This document shows, in pieces, positions 9,232-19,500 of a stretch of DNA of 30,553 nt (position 1 is its first letter; each line of letters opens with the position of its first letter). The stretch spans positions 62,001 through 92,553 of the forward strand of contig JAPEUD010000088.1 of the NCBI GenBank assembly GCA_026026165.1. The letters are read 5' to 3'. The DNA comes from Sarea resinae (taxonomy: Eukaryota). Position numbers and translations under genes: made by a program. The notes under the pieces were generated by a model, which saw only the letters and a program-made list of their open reading frames with translations, had not been told where the DNA came from and ran no database searches.

Positions 9232-11267
9232 CTAAGAGAGTAATCAGCGACTGCTGACCGTCGTGCAAAACCCCAGCTCGGGTTTGACCAATACCTGCCT
9301 TTCAAAGGGCGATAATTTTCCTTCACTCCATTTCTTCCGCCACGGTCAACGGCGGGAGGCGAGATACTACTACGCACATGTCGATCAACTGAAATCGAAT
9401 GACCCTTCAGTGTCTGCTGTGGTGAATTGGAAGAATCATCTCCCGGTCCTTGCACACTCTTTAAACTCTGCCGGCTCCTCTGAGGTCCCAAGAAGTCCAT
9501 GACTTTTCCGACCGCCAAGACCCAGATTTTGCCTCGATATTGCGAGCATTGAGGGCTCCTAGATTTAGGCCCCTTTTTTAGGCGAGATTTGCATACAAGT
9601 GTTGAAACTTCCTGAGAGAGCGCTGTTGCTTGCTTCTGTATAGCTTCACCACAGCCTCGGCTGGGTCTAGCAAAATCTAAAGAGCGATGATCGCGTCCTT
9701 GACCTCACAATCAATTTTTAAAGCCGGTTAGACTTCAGGACCTGTCCGCTATCAGATCTGCGTCTCTAAAAGTCAACGATGAATCTCTTTAATAAGCAAT
9801 ATGAAAAGAAAGGCCGCGCCATGATCATGCAAAAGCTTATTAATCAGCGACTCGGCATGAAGTATAGAGTCTCAGGTCTTTTCAGTTTTTCTTTCAGTCG
9901 TCAATCTGCTATCTTTCGCGGTTCTCTGCCTTGGGATTCTATAGTCAGCCTCAATCTTCCATAGCGACGATGGCGTACGTCTTATAGCGCAGCGGCATCT
10001 GATTGTGGGCCTTCATTCAAAAAAAGAGCCAGACTTCGTAGCTTGAGCCACGTCGTTGCCTCATTTTTACGCCATTGCCATTGGCGCCAGCTTTCCGAGA
10101 ATTAAAATCAAAGCTGAAGCCCCAAGTAGTGGCGCCATCATCCCGATGTTGATCTGCGCTTTGAGCTCGGTTTGCCTTGTCTAGAACTCTGAGACATAGC
10201 ATTCGCCGGCTGGAGCGAATTTTTGCCAGATCCGATCCTGAATGAAGGTCCACAATGATTCCGCAAAGCCAAAGACAAGCCAAAGGCCGAGAGGAAGACT
10301 TGTTTAAGATGACCTACCCAGAGACGAGAACCAGCGAAAGACACAAGCAGTCGGACCTTTTACCAAGTAATCATCACAGACAACTTCAGACAACGGCTTT
10401 GAGTGGGAAGCAGAGGGAGTAATGCACACAGGCCAGTTGGCAGGTGGTAGATGGCGATTGACAGTAAAAGCAGTGGCGTTTGCGCATAGATAATCATGCA
10501 AACAACGTCCGAAATGGGACCGAGGCAGGAAGTACTCACGAGTCGCGACTGGAATGCTGCTATTGATCGAGGTGACAAAGAGCTCGACGGAATCCTAGAG
10601 CAGCTGGCGAAGGGCTGCTGAGCGACCATGGCCACCCAATGCAGCTTCGGAGCTTGAAGCTCTTGCTGCCATGGATGACAGAGCTCAGATTGGAGTTTCT
10701 GGGCTCTTTCGGAACACGGTCTGGAATACAAAGAAGAGATCGGCGTTTTCGCGTCACGACTGGCGCTAATTCAGTGGTGTATAAGCATCGAAGACAGAAG
10801 GTAAATGTATCGACACTTGCGGCTCATTCTTGACAGAGGCAGTGACGGTGACAGAAGATCAGAGAAGGGCCAGGTTTTGCAAGTCTTGAACCACAGCTCA
10901 GACAGATCTGTCAACAATCAAAAGTGTCTCTTAAGCTGTTTAAATGTGATCATTAATAGTTTCCTCCCTTGTCTGCGTCTGTGTCACCCATCGCCTCCCT
11001 GACCGCTACGCTACCTAGCGTAACGCAGTAGTGGCCACTGGCCGGAACTTACCTTGCTCGACCTACCCCACGGACCCCATTTGATGTATCCCACGATGTT
11101 GTTATTTCATTGTTGCACGGGAATTTGTTATCGATCCATGAGGTGGTGCGTGACAGATCAACACCAGCGCCAACAGAGCCCAAGGTCGCGTGCATCAGAA
11201 GGGATCTCATTGTATTGAGGGCATCCGAACATACTTTGTATAGCCTCAGGTGGACCTGAAAGCACCC

Positions 11268-14168
11268 ATGGACTTCCTGAAGTCGGCAGTCGCATCTGCT
11301 ATCTCCAAGGGGCCTCCATTCCCTTACTCTTTCGGCGATAAGGTTGACGTGTCCCAATCGCTCTGGACACTGCACAACGGGACCAAGCGTGTATGTCGAG
11401 CACACTTGGCTTACATTAGGGAGAAGGCTTACGGGTGTATCTTGAGCAGGAAGACGGCTCGAATTGTAGCATATTCTCCTTCGATGTGGTCGCAAACAAG
11501 GCCCGCCTGCCTCTGGCCAGAAACGCAGTGCGCAAACTCCGGACTCTGAGGCACCCAGGAGTCATAAAAGTCTTGGACTCTGTTGAAGTATGACAGCTTC
11601 GCCGGTACGACTTTGGCGGTCGAGACTGACTTGTGGGCCAGACCGACACGTACATATATATCGCAACGGAACGAATCACACCTTTAGAATGGCATGTACG
11701 ACGGAAAAGCCTCAGCACAGAGATGATCAAATGGGGATTGTACGGTATTGCAGTGAGTTGGGGCATCCCGTCAACATTGCACAAGATGGGCTAATGGACG
11801 ATTGCCTGCATGTAGAAAGTTGTGAAATTCATCAATGACGAGGCATCATCTATTCATGGGAACATAAGATTGTCGTCCATTTACACCAGTGAGAGTGGCG
11901 AATGGAAGCTAGGAGGTCTGGACATACTAAGCTCTGTCAAAGACGATGAAGCAATAGTTTACGTAAGTGGTCTGCCAGAAGAGATTGATGCGAAATTATG
12001 TGTCTCACGGTTAGATATAGACTTTTGCGTCTCTCATGCCAGACTCAGGGCGGTACGCCCCTCCAGAGGTGGCCAAATCCGGCTGGGAAACCGTCAAGCG
12101 CAATCCAGTATATGCAGTTGATGCGTACAACTTTGGAATGTTGATCGTCGAAGTGTTCAATGGAAACCTCAGAAGTAGTGACCAAATCGGCCAGACGACG
12201 AACATTCCCCCAAACATGCAACAGAGCTACAAGAGGCTGTTGAACCTCAATCCGAAAGCCAGGCTGAGCGTCGCTCATTTTCTGCAACAGGGATGTCGAC
12301 ATGGTGGATTTTTCGAGACTCGGCTTATTCGTCTGACTGAAGATATCGAGAGTCTGGGACTTAAGAGCGAGGAGGAGAGGGAGCAGTTTCTGAGGTCAGT
12401 CAACACTAATCATCATTGGAAGTAGAGTTTATAATATCACTAATGATCTTGCAATACTAGCCAACTTGACGAAGTTTCTGGCGATATACCCGAAGAATTT
12501 CTAAGAGTCAAGATTTTACCGGAACTGCTCAAGTCTGTCGAGTTCGGTGGAGGCGGCGCTCAAGTGCTCAATGTTGTTTTAAAGCTTGGCTCCAGGCTTC
12601 CTGACGACGATTACGACTCGCGCATCACGCCAGTTGTAGTGCGTTTATTCGCAAGCCCTGACCGAGCCATGCGAGTCTGCCTGCTCGATAATCTACCACT
12701 TATGATTGCGCATTTACCGCAAAAAATCGTAAACGATAAAATATTTCCCCAGATGGTAACTTTGCCTTACTTCGCTCGCAGGACCCCTAGCTAAAAATTC
12801 TTTAGGTTACTGGGTTTACTGATCTGGCACCCGTCGTTCGCGAGCAAACGGTGAAGGCAGTCCTTACTATCATCACCAGACTCTCTGATCGCACCATCAA
12901 CGGTGAGCTCCTGAGGTACTTGGCCAAAACCGCAAATGATGAACAACCGGGTATACGGACCAATACCACCATCTGCCTTGGTAAAATTGCTAGAAATCTT
13001 GGTTCGAGTGTGAGTCGTCGTACGCTCCTCAGTATAAGGAGAGATCGTTGACAATCTATAGACTAGGACCAAAGTTCTCACAGCTGCTTTTGCTCGATCA
13101 CTTCGAGACCCTTTTGTACATGCCCGAAATGCCTCCCTTCTAGCACTAGGGGCAACGCTTGAGTTTTTCAGCGAAGACGACTGTGCAAGCAAGATTCTGC
13201 CAGCCATATGCCCCGCTCTGATAGACAAAGAAAAGTAAGCAACCAACTTTACTTTTTGTCTACCGCTAACGGCTATTTCTAGACTCATTCGGGATCAGGC
13301 GAACAAGACATTGAACCTTTACTTAGAACGGGTCCGTACCTATGGGGCCAGCTTACCCGACACCATCCTGCCAGTAAAATCCGCTGCCGACGTCGCGGCT
13401 GGAGCAGCTCCTCGTATGGGCACTCCTCAAAACGACAGCTCATGGGCCGGATGGGCCATATCGTCTTTCACCAACAGAGTCAACACCGCCAGCGGCGACA
13501 TCGAATCCAGCACCAACGGCGCATCCTCACAACCGCAACAAGCCGCCCGCTCTGCCTCCGTACCCCCATCCTCAGATACCGCTCGGCCCGCTTCGACTAC
13601 GAGGACCTCGAAGCTATCACACCAGATCACATCGCCGTCGCCATCATCATCCTCGTTGAACTCCCCGCGGCCATTCAGTCCAGATGCCTTCGCAGACACG
13701 CAGATCACAGACCAGGACGTCGAAGCCTGGGGGGACATGGACGACGGTGACGACGCCTTCTTCACGACGTCATCCCAGGCGCAAAGCGAGAATAGCAAAT
13801 TTCCCCCTCTCTCCCCCGCCCCCGCCACTGCTGCCGCCGCCGCTGCGCCATCCGCTCCAAGCGTCCCCTACGACGACGGCGGCGAGCCCGACTTCGCCGG
13901 TTGGCTGACCGCCCAATCCCAAGCGAAATCCAGACATCCACTCCCAAAGGGCCTGACTAAGTCCTCTAACTCCACAACAAATGGCCGGCCGTCTGCAGGC
14001 CGCGTCTCTACCACAGGCAGCCTAGGGTCTGGAGCCACGGCTAAGAAATTGGCTTCTACGGCACCGGTAGTGAAGCCAAGGACGGTCGTGCCGAAGAAGA
14101 TTGATACGAAGCCGAAAGAGGAGGGTTGGGGAGAAGAGGACGACGCGTGGGGTGAGGGATGGGAGTAG
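11268..14168 (+). CDS. CEX1: SCYL1/Cex1-type N-terminal kinase-like (pseudokinase + HEAT repeat) protein. Exons 11268-11390, 11450-11587, 11642-11752, 11816-11962, 12021-12394, 12461-12755, 12806-13009, 13062-13234, 13283-14168
   Basis: Eight GT..AG introns give one continuous frame: MDFLKSAVASAISKGPPFPYSFGD, KLRTLRHPGVIKVLD, degenerate kinase motifs IHGNI (for HRD) and WKLGGLD (for DFG), HEAT region DEQPGIRTNTTICLGKIA and RSLRDPFVHARNA, disordered tail ending GWGEEDDAWGEGWE. Assignment to the SCYL1/Cex1 branch rather than SCY1/SCYL2 is from recalled motifs. Confidence 0.9.
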
Positions 14169-14609
14169 AGCATTTCCCTTTGGCCTTTTTGGGGGACTGG
14201 GGCGTCTAGAGGGGTTTAATATAGAAGGGGGATGGGGGAGGCATTATCAGGAGTTCTGTAGCGCTCAGCATGGATCTTCAAAGTTTTCGTTTCTGGGTTC
14301 GGACATCGGGTATCGAGAAAAGATTGTGTGAGGGCGAATATAAATCATAACTATAAGTGTCCTGAGAACGCTCACAGATTTGCTCTCTCATAACTCTCTG
14401 TCTGTCTCATCAGCCGTGAAAAGGGAGATAGCATATAGATCAGCCCAGCAAAACACCAGAACACCTTGCACGAGCAAAGTCAACCTTCCTGCTGGTCAGT
14501 CACCTTATCTGATCGAACCCTAAATAAACGCCAGCAATGCATTTCATTTCCACAACCTGCAGAGCACCTCGCCCTACCGACCTCGTCATGCATCCAGGAC
14601 TTCCGTTCC

Positions 14610-15828
14610 TCAGCGCGACTCGGAGTAATCGTTAAGTGCGACGCAGACTGCCCCGCGGTGATGGCCATTATACTGCCTGATAATGCTCTCGCTACTCAGC
14701 TCCCAGAGACGTGCATAATGATCCGAGCATGCGGTGACCAGGTAGGCGGAATCGGCGCTGAAGGCGCAATCCCAGACCCAGCGCTGATGGCCATGCAAGG
14801 TCGTCTCCAAGGGAAAAGCGTTGGGCTCGCGCACCGTGGGGAGCCCGTCGGCGCCCGAGGCATTGTGCGGGTGCGAAGCGTCGACCGACCAGATCCGCGC
14901 TGTGTGGTCCGCGGAGCAGGTTGCAAGGTGTCGCACGTCTGGAGAGAGCAGCACGCGCGTGATGTATTGGTGGTGGGCGACGAATTTGGTTACCGGGACC
15001 AAGGAGGTGAGGTCGCGCGTTTGGATCATGCGCCAGACGTAGACATTACCCTGCGGATATTAGCATTGAGAGTAGGGTAGATGAAAAGAGACGATAAATG
15101 AGGGGGGCTCTCATACAGTGTTATTCCCAGCGCAAAGCATGGTCCCATCGCTGGCGACAGTGACACTGGCAACGGCAACGTCGTCCTCGGGGATGAGCTG
15201 GTGCGTACACTTGTTCAAGGCCAGATCCCAGATGCGCACATTACCTCCACGGTCACAGCTGATCAGCTCGCCCTGATTGGGATGGATAACGACGTCATTG
15301 ACAGGGACACCATGACTGTAGTTTCTCTGGACGCTGCCGGAGCGCGTGTCCCAGATCTTGACGGTGCCGTCCTCGGAGCTAGTGACCATCCATTTCCCCT
15401 CGCAGTGGAAAGCGACGCCTGTGATGTTGTTCGTGTGGCCTTCGAAGGTGAGGACCGGGTTGGGGTTGGTGGATTTGATGTCGTAGAGTTTTACGGTGTG
15501 ATGACCAGCGGCTGCAAGGAAGCGCTTGTCGGGAGAGATACAGAGGCGGTTCACTTGCGAGTCGGGATGTTGGATTGTGCGCGAGCAGATGCCGGAGAGG
15601 GCTTCCCAGAAGCTGGGGCCTTGGTTAGCATCCATTGTATATCATTCGTTCGCGGAGAGAGAGGTGTCTTTGTATAACTGTACGGAGGCAAGGCTTGGAT
15701 ATGGGTTTGGGTCAGATAGAGCATACCGGATTGTGTGGTCATATCCAGCTGTTGGAGGAGGATGGTCAGCGACAAGCTGAATGCAGCTGGGAGGGGATTG
15801 GCTTACCGGTACAGAGGATCACGCTCAT
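14610..15828 (-). CDS. LST8: TOR complex subunit LST8 (WD40; Wat1/Pop3 orthologue). Exons 15828-15807, 15748-15727, 15612-15117, 15050-14610
   Basis: Spliced product [51 protein letters not shown]...HPNQGELISCD...HQRWVWDCAFSADSAYLVTACSDHYARLW...GHHRGAVCVALND is the LST8 signature. Three canonical introns and two 22-nt 5' coding exons. Confidence 0.97.
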
Positions 15829-16541
15829 CTTGCTGGATTTTCCTCCCCGAGATAGGTGAGGCCTTTGCGGAAAGAGACGGGGTAGACGAGAGGGGGGGAT
15901 GAGAGGACTAGAGGAGGGAGGGACTGCGGGGAGAAGGGCCACTTCTTGAAGATATCGCAGACGAATGGACAGGGACCTCAAGAGAGGTTCTCGGTACGGT
16001 ATGATGGGATTGGAAAGCTGAACCGAGATCGCTCGGGGACTAGCGTGCAGATTATCGCGATAATCTAATCACAAGCGAGATCTAGCCTTAGTGTGGGAGC
16101 TCTTTATTGACATGCATGGATCTGATATGCCGAGTCTGTTTTCTGCCTTGTGCCTGCTTCAATCGTGAGGTGTGTTCCTTCTTCTTATGGCCATCACCAC
16201 CAGCATCGTCCCCGTCCAGTCTCCGTTTCGGCCGTTCTTTCCTCATTCACAAGCGAATTCCCCTTCACGGTCACTGGCATCACAACATGTTTCTCGTGTC
16301 TATAAGATGGACGACCGAGAGTGACTTCACTCACTTCTCTTCTTCCATCTTCACACTTCTCCAGCATCGTGCTTCCGCGTCAGTGAGAGTCTTGCCTTTC
16401 TATTCGAATGCGAATCAACTTTGGTCGTACTACAGAGCTGCATAATCGAGACGCAAAGCATAGCTGTAGTCAGGTTAGGTGCTGTCTATCTTGAAGGTAG
16501 CAGTTCTTCCTGACTGTGAAGGTATTTATACCATTCAAATC
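15829..16541. promoter_or_regulatory. Divergent intergenic/promoter region between LST8 and the 1347-aa gene
   Basis: Seen: head-to-head arrangement; GA-rich tract next to LST8 and CT-rich tracts next to the + gene. Function inferred. Confidence 0.45.
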
Positions 16542-19500
16542 ATGTCTTCTTCCGGTTCTCAAGACCCTCATCGCGGTCCAGGGCTTACACTTTCCCCTGG
16601 ATCACAGAATAAGAGAAAGTCACCGCAAGAATGGAGCAATGGAAAGAATCATTCTCGAGTAAAGCCGGCGTCGGCGGCAGGTATGTTCGAGCAGACAGAT
16701 CCACAGCTCCCGCATGTCTTGCAAAGCCACCAACAAGGCCACCAAAGTCTGTACCCACTCGCGTCTGTGGCAGCTGGAGGGCTTCTATCCCAAGCGTCAG
16801 TCGCCCGTCAACAGCAAGGAGCGGCATATGGATCCAGACCCGTATCAAGATCGGACGCTACTGTCGACCCCTTCATGCAGGCGTCCCCGTTCCAGATCCC
16901 AAATGGTTTCAGCGGGCAGGTCGAACCTATACATTCATCAGGACCAGTAACCCAAGCTATCTTGAGTGCTAAACGTTCTGCAACAGCTGGGGAACCAGCT
17001 GCACCGGCGAAGAAGAGGAGAGTAGAAAGTGGCGTACCAGCCAGGGATGATGGCGGCCACAAGTCCTCGAAAGCTACGCCTATGTCTACGCGTCAGACCG
17101 AGAGTTCACATCAATTTCAGCAAAGCTCAGATGATTCTGATTTGCCCTCTAATGGTAACGGAGAGTTCATCGCTCGACTTGAGAGTATGAGAAGATCGAG
17201 AGACTTACCACGCGAAACTGACAATACGCACGAGCGGGTATCCAATGAGCTCCCAACGCTGAATTATCCTCATGCCCAAGCGGACAATACGCGAAAGGTA
17301 GAATCTCATGGCCCCGAGAACCAAAGTAAGGAGGTGAATCATCGTGGTGACGGTCAGGGTGTCAATGGTGAGCCCTTCTCTATTGACGAATTCGAAATGT
17401 CCGATTCTAGAGCTGACCAGGTCCGAGTAGGGAGTGTTTTTGGTCTCAACTCTTCGAGTTCTAGTGATGGTGTCGATATGAATGTTCGTCAAGCGAATGC
17501 TATTCAGCACAATTCTATTGTGTCGAACAGTTCGGGTCCGTCGGCGAATGAGACGCATCGAATTAGTATGGGTTCTAGCCATAGTACCCAGCTGCCTCAG
17601 TTCACGATGACCTCTGCACCCGGAAGTCGTACAAGTTCTTCTGCTTCTCTCACTTCTCCAGCTTCTTCCACCAGCAAGTCTCTCCATCGACCTTCCAACG
17701 GCGTGCCATCAGACAAGACGTCAGCTCCTACATCGAATCCTGCCTCTAAGGAAGCTTTGAAAGCCCTTCGACGCTACATGCTTCCAATCTACCACGCACT
17801 TCAGAATCGTATTGACGAGAGTGCCGAGCTCGTTCCTCAAGTTGTCGAATTTCTCAAGTCTTCAACGCCTCTCCCAAACTCGAGTAACTCCAATTCATCA
17901 AAGAGCATGGACCCGGCATCATTTTCGCGCGGCTCGAATAGCCAGAATGGACATGCAGTCATGCCACGACCCTCTCTTCCTCGTTCGCGTCCGGCACAGT
18001 TATCTCACAACGGAACAGCGTCGACAACCTCCACTTCACACCTGACAGAGCCTTCGCATAACGGCGACGCCTCAAGAGTGCAGCAGACTCCTCTACAGAA
18101 TGTTTCAGGAGAAACAGTTCAGGAGCGGAACCCGATGGAGATGCCAAATGGCTCTCAAGGATTCGACAGCGGTCAATCATACCGGACTACAGGCCAATCT
18201 GGACTTTCTGGGCCCGCTGAGGTCAATCAGACGTATCACTCCAACCATCCTACATCTTTCTTTTATGGACCCAATGAGGCCATCGACTTCGCAGGTCACT
18301 CTTCTTCTCTTCATGGTCACATTGGAGCCAACGATTCCGCAGATTATCCTTCTCTTTTTGGACCCAGTGAGGCCAACGGTTCCGCAGATAATCCTTCTTC
18401 TCTTTTTCGACCCATTGAGACCATCGATTTCGCAGGTCATCCTTTCTCTCTTTATGGACCCAATGAGGCCATCGATACCGCAAGTCATCCTTCTTCTCTT
18501 TATGGACCCAGCGAAGCCATTGATATCATCGATCATGCTTCCTCTTTTTATGGCTCCAGTGCAACCAGTAATACAGTTGGATATTCGACTCCTTCATACC
18601 AAGGACTCGGTATGGCCAACCAAGCATCCCCGACTTCCATTCATTCATCTCCTCACATTTCTTCGGCCCTCGAGCAACCCTCCACTCGCCAAGGACTAAA
18701 GACTGTTGCTGACAACAGCCGTCCGCCAACAGCTGTCAGTCACGGTGCTCAACGCAGTTCAATGGGTTCCCTGACCTTTGAGATTACCACTCCGGCTGAT
18801 TACGGCTTTGAAGCAATTATGGAACGACCAACAAATGAATTGGCTAGCTTCGACAGACGTTTTTCAGCGCAATCAAATGAGATCATGAAGCTCCAAAACA
18901 AGTGTCAAAAGCTAGAGGCTCAATTGGCAACAACTAAGACTTTCAATGCTCAGGTGATCCAAGAACGTGATCGCTACAAAAAGGCGCTTGGGCAGTGGTT
19001 TGTTGAGAACCCAAAGACCGGTATGACAAAATTGGAATCTACAGAACGGATGTCAGCTCAGCTTCAGAAGGGTTACCTCGCGAAAAGGAATGAAGTCAAT
19101 CGACTGAAAGAACAAAATGCTCTTTACATGAAGCAGTGTGCAGAACTCGACGCCCGTCTGAAGCAGGCATTGCAGCGTGGGTCAACACTTACTGGATTAC
19201 AGGCCAGCAGTGAAGATGTACTTCGTCCGAGCCAGCAATATATATCTCCATACGCGAACCTTCAGAAGACAACATCTCACATCGGATCCTCCAATGGCTC
19301 CCACTATTCTCACGGCGTAGTCTCTAATCAAATTAATCCCGATCAGATGTCTTCAGGGGCCGTTTCTAATGCGAATCCATGGGTTATGACGCTTGATGGA
19401 TTGACGAACGCGAACCACCCGATGACTCAGAACGTCAATTTCTCCGAGGACATTGCAGCCGCCTCGTCAAATGGAACCTCCAGTCCAACTCAGCAGATTA

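Noticed and set aside
10496..10800. Selenoprotein reading of the UGA-interrupted frame
   Set aside because: Ascomycetes are not known to have selenocysteine machinery, no SECIS-like hairpin is evident, and stop density is near random.
11046..11170. Possible U1 snRNA (ACTTACCT start, TTGCAC, AATTTGT Sm-like word)
   Set aside because: Starts ACTTACCTT rather than ACTTACCTG, lacks the U1-70K loop and has no room for stem-loop III; better explained as a - strand splice donor or chance.
14466..15677. Long + strand ORFs (204 aa, 158 aa) over LST8, and similar antisense ORFs over ECT1, CEX1, the SUR7-family and PLC-like genes
   Set aside because: Antisense shadows of GC3-rich coding sequence; no motifs of their own.
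18246..18555. CRISPR-like repeat array
   Set aside because: Units are contiguous, degenerate and in-frame coding with no unique spacers; eukaryotic context with no cas genes.
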